DNA of 49,656 bases from Klebsiella phage vbKpUKJ_2. Position 1 is the first letter of the stretch, and each line of letters begins with the position of its first letter. Below are positions 9,240-16,556 of the stretch, piece after piece. The stretch is from sequence record PQ505130.1. The stretch is one strand, 5' to 3'. The notes below the pieces were generated by a model. It did no database searches. It was given only the letters and a program-made list of their open reading frames with translations, and was not told where the DNA came from. A program made the position numbers and the translations under genes.

Positions 9240-9560
9240 CTATTGCTGGAGCTTTGCAAAAGCGTCGGCCATCATGCGCAAAACTCGCGCGTGATCTTCA
9301 ACGTCATAGCCAGGTTCGGTGCGCATGATTTCCCGAACATTCTCGATCGTGGCGATAGCCGCCTGAAGTTCACCAGTCAGGAGCGCAACCTGCTTTTCAA
9401 GCTCCGCGATTCGTGAGAATGGTTCGCGCATAAATGATTCGCACGAGGCATCACTAAGCGCCCAGCCGATCCCGGCGCGAATAACGGCGGCTAACAGCGG
9501 GTCGTCGTCTTTGGCGAAGTTGTCGGACGGGATCAGGTGTATGATTTGTGTGGTGTTCAT
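9240..9560 (-). CDS. hypothetical protein
   Basis: ATG at 9560 (MNTTQIIHL) downstream of dyad cassette. The longer ORF upstream merely translates the promoter cassette. Confidence 0.35.
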   Translation of the reverse strand: MNTTQIIHLIPSDNFAKDDDPLLAAVIRAGIGWALSDASCESFMREPFSRIAELEKQVALLTGELQAAIATIENVREIMRTEPGYDVEDHARVLRMMADAFAKLQQ

Positions 9561-9592
9561 GGTTAGGCTCCATCTCTTGTTAGTGTGGGGAT

Positions 9593-9636
9593 AGTATGCA
9601 CCATCCCCGGACGTTCGTTTTAGCAATTCGTGCTAT
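9593..9636 (-). promoter_or_regulatory. dyad promoter cassette
   Basis: ATAGCACGAATTGCTAAAAC, 22 nt, CATACT, with hairpin GGGGATGGTGCATACTATCCCC. Confidence 0.45.
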
Positions 9637-10124
9637 CAAAGGGCGTCTAATTCCGCCTCAATGAATTCGTACCACTCGTGGCCGTTAACTGGATCGTGTT
9701 CGGTGCCATGCAGCCAGTCCGTGTGGGTGGAACAGAATTCGCCGGATTTGTTGAAATAAAAGTCGGCCCATGACCGCGCCCAATCGCCTACGCCAGCGAA
9801 CGTGCCGAACTTGCGGATGTATGCGTCTGTATAACCGCGCTCCTTCGCAATGCGCTTCAGTGCGCGAACCAGCAACTTGCGCGGAGACGCCTTTGACACT
9901 TTCCGCAGGTGGAACAGAATGTGATCGTCATCCGGCCCCACGCGGATTGTTAGATCTTCGTCGATATCTATCGGGTTGACGATGTATTCGTTCAGGTATC
10001 CGCCCTGGATTACGTGAATCTTGCCGCAAGATCCTTTAACCTCGACGGCATCGAATACGCTCCCGATAAGATGCCGCTCTCTTCCGCGTGCCGCATTTAC
10101 TACCATGAGTTTTACGGTTTTCAT
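9636..10124 (-). CDS. hypothetical protein
   Basis: 162-aa ORF with consistent coding frame. Confidence 0.4.
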   Translation of the reverse strand: MKTVKLMVVNAARGRERHLIGSVFDAVEVKGSCGKIHVIQGGYLNEYIVNPIDIDEDLTIRVGPDDDHILFHLRKVSKASPRKLLVRALKRIAKERGYTDAYIRKFGTFAGVGDWARSWADFYFNKSGEFCSTHTDWLHGTEHDPVNGHEWYEFIEAELDAL

Positions 10125-10342
10125 TAGCGGATCTCCTTCACCTGGTGGGATTCGAGAAGGTTGGTTACTTCACGGATGCCGCAGTCCTCGAATTCCTCTT
10201 CGGCCCCTGCCGCCACTCTTAACCTGGTGAACCCGGCGTCATCGTCGATTGCGACTTCGATAACCTGCTCGCTCGAAAGCTCGATGTATGCACAGCCGTA
10301 GGAATTCAGTTCTTCCAGCAGTGCGATTAAATTATCGTTCAT
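10124..10342 (-). CDS. hypothetical acidic protein
   Basis: 72 aa, highly acidic. Preceded by dyad cassette. Confidence 0.35.
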   Translation of the reverse strand: MNDNLIALLEELNSYGCAYIELSSEQVIEVAIDDDAGFTRLRVAAGAEEEFEDCGIREVTNLLESHQVKEIR

Positions 10343-10382
10343 TGCGTTGCTCCTGATTGGATTGTTTCACTTCAGTAACGCC

Positions 10383-10426
10383 ACTTTATCAAATGACGTT
10401 ACGGCAGTTTTAACAAAAAGTGCTAT
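10383..10426 (-). promoter_or_regulatory. dyad promoter cassette
   Basis: ATAGCACTTTTTGTTAAAAC, 22 nt, TAAAGT. Inverted repeat GTAACG..CGTTAC brackets the -10. Confidence 0.45.
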
Positions 10427-10608
10427 TCTTTTTCGCCGCTGAACGCTGCCCGATACCCACGGCGGAACCCGTTAATCTCAGAAAGGCGGCATACGCCAAT
10501 GATGATGCAAATCATGCCGATCGCCTGCCAGCCTACGTGGTCATGCAGTGCCAGGCCGCCCAGGAAGAAGGCCCAATACAGCGCGAGTTTCTTTTTGCTT
10601 GCTTTCAT
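10423..10608 (-). CDS. small membrane protein
   Basis: 61 aa with hydrophobic core LALYWAFFLGGLAL. Confidence 0.3.
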   Translation of the reverse strand: MKASKKKLALYWAFFLGGLALHDHVGWQAIGMICIIIGVCRLSEINGFRRGYRAAFSGEKE

Positions 10609-10850
10609 ACTTTCACCTCAAATAGAACGTTGTTTTCATATGGTCTATTGGCGTACATTGCGATCTTTTCGTCCGGCATACGGCAGGCTGGCCAGAATTC
10701 GCCCTCTTCCGTGGTTCCCTGGTCGTCCTGCAAAATCCATACTTCATCAAGGCCGGGGCCGAACCTGGCGTCATACTCGCGGCCAGGTGTGAAATAGGTG
10801 GATAGCGGCGAATAGCCAGCGTGCGTACAAATTACTTTTACCGTTTCCAT
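10605..10850 (-). CDS. hypothetical protein
   Basis: 81 aa, start and stop overlap neighbouring genes. Confidence 0.35.
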   Translation of the reverse strand: METVKVICTHAGYSPLSTYFTPGREYDARFGPGLDEVWILQDDQGTTEEGEFWPACRMPDEKIAMYANRPYENNVLFEVKV

Positions 10851-11152
10851 TAGTAGATCCCGTTAGTCCAAACATAGCCGCATTCGATTATCTCGCGCGG
10901 ACTAACCTTTTTCGGCGTTGGGTTAATCCCGTCACCGCCAGTGTGGAACCCTGCCCCATACGCAAAATGAACCTGCTTTGCGAACAGGTCGCCGCGTGCC
11001 TGGATGTAAAGGCGGTTGCGCATAGCTAGGCCTCTAAGCGTGTTAACCTGATCGATGTGGTCGCCTTTGACCTTCGAGATCTTGCACATCACTGGCTTTT
11101 CGCCGAATTGCCCGGTTAAGCAGTGGCGATCGAAGTCTGATAAACGTATCAT
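10850..11152 (-). CDS. hypothetical protein
   Basis: 100-aa ORF, overlaps neighbouring genes. Confidence 0.35.
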   Translation of the reverse strand: MIRLSDFDRHCLTGQFGEKPVMCKISKVKGDHIDQVNTLRGLAMRNRLYIQARGDLFAKQVHFAYGAGFHTGGDGINPTPKKVSPREIIECGYVWTNGIY

Positions 11153-11475
11153 CCAACTACCTCCATGCAGGAATCATAACCGAAGAGATCCGTCACCATC
11201 TTCCAGGCGTCGTCGTCGCTCAGTGCTTTGGCGTCGAAGTTCTTGACGTGCTTAACGTGCGTCCAGTGGTAAGAGCCATCCGCCCAATGGGAATGGGTTT
11301 GTGAGTTGCCATTAAAGCGCCCGAATCTTTCAATGCTCAGGCCAACACCGCTTGAGTGGCGCTTGAACCACAAGATAGCCACGTTGCCAACTTCGTTGAC
11401 GTGAATAAGTCTCACCGCGCGAACCCCAATCGTGGCGTACAGGTTATTGGGTAGCGGCCTGGTCGTGCGAATCAT
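11149..11475 (-). CDS. hypothetical protein
   Basis: ATG at 11475 with RBS GAGGTGA. Confidence 0.35.
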   Translation of the reverse strand: MIRTTRPLPNNLYATIGVRAVRLIHVNEVGNVAILWFKRHSSGVGLSIERFGRFNGNSQTHSHWADGSYHWTHVKHVKNFDAKALSDDDAWKMVTDLFGYDSCMEVVG

Positions 11476-11485
11476 ATTTATCACC

Positions 11486-11857
11486 TCAAAGTTGATTTGC
11501 GAAAATATGCCAAACATGATCTTTTGGCGTGCGCTTCATGAGCTTGTGCGCCTTGCGTGCCATGCGCTTATAGTCGCGGGCGGTAAGTTTCGTTGGGTCG
11601 GCAACGAATGATTCGACAATCAACCCCTCGTAATGGTATTCCGGCTGCCATTCCCGATGGGTTCGCCACTCGTTGAAAGTGGTTAGCGGGAGGACGGAAT
11701 GCAAGTCACTGTGAAGGTGCTCCCCTCGCTCGCCGTAATGGAAAGCTCCGCGCATTTTGCCATCATTGCCTACGTGCAAAAGGTGAATGCGGCTTTTCTT
11801 GCCTTCGAAGTTGGTTCCGACGATGGCGACAACTGCGTTTTTGACGACCTGTTTCAT
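11486..11857 (-). CDS. hypothetical protein
   Basis: 123 aa. Dyad cassette 30 nt upstream. Confidence 0.4.
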   Translation of the reverse strand: MKQVVKNAVVAIVGTNFEGKKSRIHLLHVGNDGKMRGAFHYGERGEHLHSDLHSVLPLTTFNEWRTHREWQPEYHYEGLIVESFVADPTKLTARDYKRMARKAHKLMKRTPKDHVWHIFANQL

Positions 11858-11886
11858 TGTGAATCTCCGTTGTTTGGTGTATGGCT

Positions 11887-11930
11887 ATTATGCCCGATCT
11901 GCTGACCGGGCGTTTAGCAAAAAGTGCTAT
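11887..11930 (-). promoter_or_regulatory. dyad promoter cassette
   Basis: ATAGCACTTTTTGCTAAAC, 22 nt containing hairpin GCCCGGTCAGCAGATCGGGC, then CATAAT. Confidence 0.45.
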
Positions 11931-12128
11931 TCAGAAACCGAGCGCCTCACGCTCCAGGTTGGCCAGTGACGGAAAGCTGAATTTTGTAACGTGGTACGAG
12001 CCGCCCACATAGCCGGAAATGCTGATATTGTTGAACTCAACCTCAACACTGATAATCTTCATGTTCTTGCTGAAGGCGTACATTGCAAGCGCACGGTGCG
12101 CCCGCGCCAGGAATTCGAATTGGTTCAT
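11931..12128 (-). CDS. hypothetical protein
   Basis: 65-aa ORF. Confidence 0.3.
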   Translation of the reverse strand: MNQFEFLARAHRALAMYAFSKNMKIISVEVEFNNISISGYVGGSYHVTKFSFPSLANLEREALGF

Positions 12129-12382
12129 TTAAAGATCGCCCCTTTGATTTTGTTCCAGAAAGCGAAAGGATTGCGCTTCGGTTTCAGTTCCACGATATCA
12201 TGATCGAAGAATCCGCGATGCTTGCCGCAAAGCAAAGGCTTAACGCCATCCGTCACGAGGTCGCCAATGAAGAACCATTTGCCGCCATCCATGAAGTAAA
12301 GGCCGACGCATACGCCGGGCGCGGCATGAGTTGCGGTATCTGGCAGGCTGTATACCCTGCCGCGAGATTTGAATTGCTGCAT
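12125..12382 (-). CDS. hypothetical protein
   Basis: ATG at 12382 with RBS AAGGAGA. Confidence 0.4.
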   Translation of the reverse strand: MQQFKSRGRVYSLPDTATHAAPGVCVGLYFMDGGKWFFIGDLVTDGVKPLLCGKHRGFFDHDIVELKPKRNPFAFWNKIKGAIFK

Positions 12383-12428
12383 TATCCTGTCTCCTTGCAT
12401 AATTTGGTCGTTAATCGACCTCGTGATA

Positions 12429-12472
12429 ATTATGCCCGATCCTCTGACCGGGCGTTTAGCAATGCGTGCTAT
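12429..12472 (-). promoter_or_regulatory. dyad promoter cassette
   Basis: ATAGCACGCATTGCTAAAC, 22 nt with hairpin GCCCGGTCAGAGGATCGGGC, then CATAAT. Confidence 0.45.
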
Positions 12473-12789
12473 TTCAGGCCGCGAAGGTCAATCTTCGACT
12501 TTTCCCAATCAGGGAAGCGAGGCATTTCGCCCACCTGAACCATTTTGTTTCCGCCCGGCCCCTTATCCACCCATGAATCAGGCGAGTAGCTCAGTAGGCG
12601 AACATTTTCGGCGGTCGACTCATAGGCCCAAATTGAGCCGTCGGCATCAATGGCAACCGTGTTGGCCCAAACTGGCACGTCAAGCGACTGCATATCGAAC
12701 GTGCCAGGGATGTTAATCTGGAAGGCTACAACGTGGCGCTGCGTGATGGTAGCCACTACTTGCTCGCCGGATTTAACTTCGTGAATCAT
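12469..12789 (-). CDS. hypothetical protein
   Basis: ATG at 12789 with RBS AAGGAGAAC. Confidence 0.4.
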   Translation of the reverse strand: MIHEVKSGEQVVATITQRHVVAFQINIPGTFDMQSLDVPVWANTVAIDADGSIWAYESTAENVRLLSYSPDSWVDKGPGGNKMVQVGEMPRFPDWEKSKIDLRGLK

Positions 12790-12799
12790 TGCGTTCTCC

Positions 12800-13012
12800 T
12801 TACAGGAACATTCCGGCCAGGCGCAGGCGGTTAATGATATCATCACGCTTGACGCGCAGGCCATCATAGTAATCTTCCAGTTGTGCATCCCATGACGGCA
12901 GGTCAAGCATAAGATTCATCTCGTTGCACACCACCTTCAGCGCGTGGAAGTGTTGCTCAACCGCGCGACGGTGAAATGCTGCATTGAGTGGGTTGTTGTG
13001 GTTGCCGATCAT
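12800..13012 (-). CDS. hypothetical protein
   Basis: 70 aa, RBS AGAGGAG. Dyad cassette upstream. Confidence 0.4.
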   Translation of the reverse strand: MIGNHNNPLNAAFHRRAVEQHFHALKVVCNEMNLMLDLPSWDAQLEDYYDGLRVKRDDIINRLRLAGMFL

Positions 13013-13040
13013 GTTTATGCTCCTCTGTTTCGATGGGGTA

Positions 13041-13084
13041 ATAATACCGCATTACCCCGATCGGGTTTTAGCAAAAAGTGCTAT
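13041..13084 (-). promoter_or_regulatory. dyad promoter cassette
   Basis: ATAGCACTTTTTGCTAAAAC, 22 nt, TATTAT, TTACCCCATCGAAAC. Hairpins CCCGATCGGG and GGGGTAAT..ATTACCCC. Confidence 0.5.
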
Positions 13085-13290
13085 CTTTCCACCTCGCGCA
13101 TCTCGCCAACCGAAAGATAATAAGCGATATCCAGGCGGCTCATTGTGGGGTGGGGCCAGCCGCACTCATGCCAGATAACATCGCCCTCGCCTTTAGTCCA
13201 CATGGTTTCGCCGTCCCAGCGCCAAAGTCGGTTATTGAGGCGCGATCCGTAGACCGCACCAGGTTTTACATCGCTCGCCTTAAAATTCAT
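13081..13290 (-). CDS. hypothetical protein
   Basis: ATG at 13290. An alternative GTG start at 13338. Confidence 0.3.
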   Translation of the reverse strand: MNFKASDVKPGAVYGSRLNNRLWRWDGETMWTKGEGDVIWHECGWPHPTMSRLDIAYYLSVGEMREVER

Positions 13291-13432
13291 AGTCGACAAC
13301 CCCGAACTCGTTAACAATCTGCGCCTTGTAAAAGCCACCGTTTGCCGCCAGGTTGTAGCAAGCCGCCACGGTCTCGAACTCGCGCACTTCTGGCTTGCTG
13401 TTTTCGTGTTCCCAGGTGATCAGAGTAATCAT
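13280..13432 (-). CDS. hypothetical small protein
   Basis: ATG at 13432 with RBS GAGGAAAG, downstream of dyad cassette. Confidence 0.3.
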   Translation of the reverse strand: MITLITWEHENSKPEVREFETVAACYNLAANGGFYKAQIVNEFGVVDYEF

Positions 13433-13464
13433 TTCGCTTTCCTCGGTTCGTTGTCGATGAAGAG

Positions 13465-13508
13465 ATAATACCCGATCTCCCTGACCGGGTTTTAACAAAA
13501 AGTGCTAC
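13465..13508 (-). promoter_or_regulatory. dyad promoter cassette
   Basis: GTAGCACTTTTTGTTAAAAC, 22 nt with hairpin CCCGGTCAGGGAGATCGGG, then TATTAT. Confidence 0.45.
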
Positions 13509-13584
13509 TTGTTGCTCAGGTGGATGATAAACGCCGCCAGGAGCAATCCGCAATTGACACCGATGGAAAACAGGATAAAGGCGT

Positions 13585-13890
13585 TCATTGTGGATAATCC
13601 AGGCTAATGATGTTGTCGGCTTCATCGGCCATCATCTCCAGGACGTTCGACGCGCCGATGAACTCCGGCTTCGTCACCGCCTGGCCCGTCTCGGTGATAT
13701 GTTGAATATACGATTCAGAATTTGGAAGAAACGCCATCAAAAGCAAGTCACCTGTAACGCATTCCAGGGCGGTTGGATTTTCGTCGTCCGATGCACTGGC
13801 GACGGCGTCGATAACTTCCTGTTCGTCGATTAGCGTGCTGCCCAGGCGCATCGGTGCGGCGGGGTCGTTTTGGTCTGGATATAGTTTCAT
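13585..13890 (-). CDS. hypothetical highly acidic protein
   Basis: 101 aa with many D/E and few basic residues. Second gene of the leftward early operon. Confidence 0.4.
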   Translation of the reverse strand: MKLYPDQNDPAAPMRLGSTLIDEQEVIDAVASASDDENPTALECVTGDLLLMAFLPNSESYIQHITETGQAVTKPEFIGASNVLEMMADEADNIISLDYPQ

Positions 13891-14426
13891 GATTGTGCTC
13901 CTGTGATTCTGGCTTTCAGCGCCATTGTGTAACCGTTGTAAAGCAGGCCTTTTGGCATCACTTCGTCAATAATGGCAAGGATTTTTTCCCGTTCAGAGAT
14001 AGCGCCCTGCCGCCTGTATGCTTCCGCCTCCAGGTGTGAGCCAGTCCTTTCGTCGAACTCAGTAAAGACGGAGATTAACCCCGCCCCCAGGCTCACGCGC
14101 AACACCTCGCCCGGCTCCAGTAGTCTCAGTAACGGCCTGCGGAAATGGTTGTCGACCGGATTAACGCCGAACTTCTCCACGAACTCCTCCGCCGTCATCT
14201 GGATACGCCGCCCGCCATCCAGGAACATGCGCCGGATCTCGGAAGAGCGGTTGCCAGTGAATGTGCCTTCCGTCTTCGCTGCTTCCTGGCTCCGTCCGGC
14301 TGGCCTGGCGGCGTCGCCAAACGTGATGGATTGCAGCCATTCATGGTAAGCGGCTTGCTTTTCTGCGTCGTACCGCATCCACTCGGACACGTCGACTTCT
14401 TCGAACTCATAGCCTTTATATTGCAT
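13887..14426 (-). CDS. hypothetical early protein
   Basis: First gene of the leftward early operon. ATG at 14426, or GTG at 14441. Confidence 0.4.
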   Translation of the reverse strand: MQYKGYEFEEVDVSEWMRYDAEKQAAYHEWLQSITFGDAARPAGRSQEAAKTEGTFTGNRSSEIRRMFLDGGRRIQMTAEEFVEKFGVNPVDNHFRRPLLRLLEPGEVLRVSLGAGLISVFTEFDERTGSHLEAEAYRRQGAISEREKILAIIDEVMPKGLLYNGYTMALKARITGAQS

Positions 14427-14473
14427 TTGTGTTTCCCCCACATTTACGGCGTTTGGTAATGTTTCGGAAGGTG

Positions 14474-14502
14474 ATAATACAGGCCGCAGGCCGCGCCGTC
14501 AA
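14474..14502 (-). promoter_or_regulatory. sigma70-like early promoter TTGACG-17-TATTAT (leftward)
   Basis: Minus strand TTGACG (14497-14502), 17-nt GC-rich spacer with palindrome GGCCTGCGGCC, then TATTAT (14474-14479). About 40 nt upstream of the ATG at 14426. Confidence 0.5.
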
Positions 14503-14514
14503 AGGGTTTCGGCG

Positions 14515-14752
14515 TGTTTGGTAAGATTTGCTGTCATCCCCTATATATCCCTATATACATTTTTCGCGGCGGAACATCTAAAAATTATGGCTTGCGCAAG
14601 GAGAATCCATAACCCACCCGGAGAAATCTTACCAAACATATATAAAGATAAAGAGTAATAATAATAATATTGTTATTTATCATATACTTACTATCTATAT
14701 ATGGGCTTATATTGGTCATTTTTTGCGCAATTTTTAGGTAAGATTATTCCCC
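14515..14752. repeat. AT-rich region with GGTAAGAT iterons and left copy of 85-bp inverted repeat
   Basis: TTTGGTAAGATTT at 14517-14529. Its inverse is at 14626-14638. TTAGGTAAGATT at 14736-14747. Segment 14617-14703 is the reverse complement of 29767-29853 at about 90% identity. Confidence 0.6.
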
Positions 14753-14962
14753 CCCCACACTCCCACACGCCGCAAGTGTTGGTGAAACACAGCTCCAGTT
14801 CTGCCAGCTTCGATCGGCAAATTGCGTGCATGGTGCATACATTTATGCAATTCGTTGCAAATCCCTAAACACTCCCACAAGTCATTGCACAAAATGAAAC
14901 AATCAAAAGTAATCATGATTCGTCAAAACTAATCACCAGGGAATCAAGTGCAATCACCATCT

Positions 14963-14988
14963 ATTCCACCATTCCGAATCGGTGGAAT
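14963..14988. promoter_or_regulatory. perfect 8-bp inverted repeat ATTCCACC-N10-GGTGGAAT in the early rightward control region
   Basis: Seen directly. Flanked by seven AATCA pentamers within 14900-15000. Confidence 0.35.
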
Positions 14989-15005
14989 AATCAGCAATCG
15001 CAGGA

Positions 15006-15049
15006 ATAGCATTTTTTGTTAAAAGCCATCCGATCGACTTTGCTATGAT
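15006..15049 (+). promoter_or_regulatory. dyad promoter cassette (rightward)
   Basis: ATAGCATTTTTTGTTAAAAG, 22 nt, TATGAT. Drives 15089. Confidence 0.45.
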
Positions 15050-15088
15050 GACTTCAACGAAACGAATTGAGCCAAAGGAGCTAAAGCT

Positions 15089-15370
15089 ATGAAACTTCAA
15101 CGCGAATCAATCAACCTGGGCAGCGAGTATAACGGCAAGTGGAACTTCGTTATCATGGATAGCGACGCCGACAAGATCGAAGCGGTTGAGGAAGCGTTAT
15201 GCGAAATGGCCACTGACTTCTCTGTCGGCGGAGAAGAGAAAACCTGGGGCGACTACTGCGACCAATGCCCTTGCTATGATGATGGGTATGGCTCCGGCTT
15301 CTGGATTCCGGTCGAAGATGTTCCGGCCTTCAAAGAGGCGTACAAGGCAGCGAAGAAAGCAGTGAAATAA
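15089..15370 (+). CDS. hypothetical protein
   Basis: 93 aa, RBS AAGGAG. Confidence 0.45.
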   Translation: MKLQRESINLGSEYNGKWNFVIMDSDADKIEAVEEALCEMATDFSVGGEEKTWGDYCDQCPCYDDGYGSGFWIPVEDVPAFKEAYKAAKKAVK

Positions 15371-15411
15371 GCACGAATTGCTAAACGCCGGGCCGAAAGG
15401 CCTGGTATAGT
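15368..15411 (+). promoter_or_regulatory. dyad promoter cassette
   Basis: AAGCACGAATTGCTAAAC, 22 nt with GAAA-loop hairpin GGCCGAAAGGCC, then TATAGT, then TAACCCATCGAAACC. Confidence 0.5.
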
Positions 15412-15442
15412 TAACCCATCGAAACCAGTCAGGAGATTAACC

Positions 15443-15631
15443 ATGAAAGCATTTGCGGATGTAGTCGTCGGGGATAAAATTCAATATGGCGCAAGCGATT
15501 TGTTCCGTACCGTAACCGATATCGAGAAGGGTCGCGGCGTCAACGGGTTTACTGTCTTCGTGGTGCTCGACGGCGTTGCACGCTTTGCGGTTGACGCTCG
15601 TGATTGGGTTTTCTGCATCGAGAAGGGCTAG
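15443..15631 (+). CDS. hypothetical protein
   Basis: 62 aa, RBS AGGAG. Confidence 0.4.
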   Translation: MKAFADVVVGDKIQYGASDLFRTVTDIEKGRGVNGFTVFVVLDGVARFAVDARDWVFCIEKG

Positions 15632-15633
15632 GT

Positions 15634-15873
15634 ATGAGGAAACGGCGGGCCGGGGAGGTGGTTTGCACCTGCGATGCTTACCACTTCCCTCATCGAATGT
15701 TCGGCGGTTCATGCAACGGGATCGCCATTGTCATTGCCAGCGTTGGCGGCGCGGAGTGCCAGCATTGCCAGCTACTGAATAACGGTCGCTGCGAGGTGCT
15801 GGCGGGTATCGAGAACCCGATCGAATGCCATTACGTCGCCGACTTTATCCAACGAAACGAGGTTAAAATATAA
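15634..15873 (+). CDS. hypothetical Cys-rich protein (possible zinc binding)
   Basis: CTCDAYHFPH...CNG...ECQHCQ...RCE. Confidence 0.35.
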   Translation: MRKRRAGEVVCTCDAYHFPHRMFGGSCNGIAIVIASVGGAECQHCQLLNNGRCEVLAGIENPIECHYVADFIQRNEVKI

Positions 15874-16250
15874 TGCGAACAGTTACCATTTCGAACAGCT
15901 TTTCCTACATCATCGGATCGCCTGAAGAGCGTATCAGGGTCATCCGCGACAAGGCGACCAATGACGTTACCGATGCCTTCAGCGCTGCGGCTAAAGCTGC
16001 GATCACGCATTACTACGGTCGTGGCCCGGAAGAGTTCAGCGCAGACAGCGCGCCTTTCTTGGTTGTCAAAAAGGAAGGTGGTAATGTATGGCAAATCAAC
16101 GACAAGCAGACTGGCGAGTTTATTTTCGGATCGGTTCCGTGCCGGGTCGGTAGCAACGATGTTACCATTCAGGAACTCGGCGAAAAAGAACCTCTCGTTC
16201 AGCGCACGATCTACATCAGCCAGGATTACACGACCTGCGTTCCGGCATAG
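15873..16250 (+). CDS. hypothetical protein
   Basis: 125-aa ORF, start overlaps the previous stop. Confidence 0.4.
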   Translation: MRTVTISNSFSYIIGSPEERIRVIRDKATNDVTDAFSAAAKAAITHYYGRGPEEFSADSAPFLVVKKEGGNVWQINDKQTGEFIFGSVPCRVGSNDVTIQELGEKEPLVQRTIYISQDYTTCVPA

Positions 16251-16290
16251 CACGTTTTGCTAAAACAACATTGCGGGATAGTGGCATACT
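16247..16290 (+). promoter_or_regulatory. dyad promoter cassette
   Basis: ATAGCACGTTTTGCTAAAAC, 22 nt, CATACT inside hairpin GGGATAGTGGCATACTGTCCC. Near copy of the 9593-9636 cassette. Confidence 0.45.
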
Positions 16291-16322
16291 GTCCCCACAC
16301 CAACAAGCGAAGGAGTTACACA

Positions 16323-16556
16323 ATGAACAAACCAAAAACAAACCTTATTCTTGCTGCGCTGGAGAAGAACGGCTCTGTAGTTATGCGCCTGAATCGTGAA
16401 TGCGGTTATTCGCAGATCACGATCACGAAGGCTGTCAATGGCGGTTATGTTGTTGGTACTGTTCCTGGCGGCGTGTTAAAACGCGCTCAGATTGATAGCG
16501 TAACTGCAACAATCAACCTTTACTGCATGTTTATTGAAAAATGGTGGACGGCATGA
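16323..16556 (+). CDS. small HTH-like protein (candidate transcription regulator)
   Basis: 77 aa, RBS AAGGAG. Segment VMRLNRECGYSQITITKAVNG has a helix-turn-helix-like pattern. Confidence 0.35.
   Translation: MNKPKTNLILAALEKNGSVVMRLNRECGYSQITITKAVNGGYVVGTVPGGVLKRAQIDSVTATINLYCMFIEKWWTA

Noticed and set aside
9240-9626. Long N-terminal extensions of ORFs 9240..9626 and 16257..16556 (shared ...YPHTNKR... peptide)
   Set aside because: The shared peptide is simply the translation of the conserved promoter cassette. The real starts are the internal ATGs with RBS (9560 and 16323).
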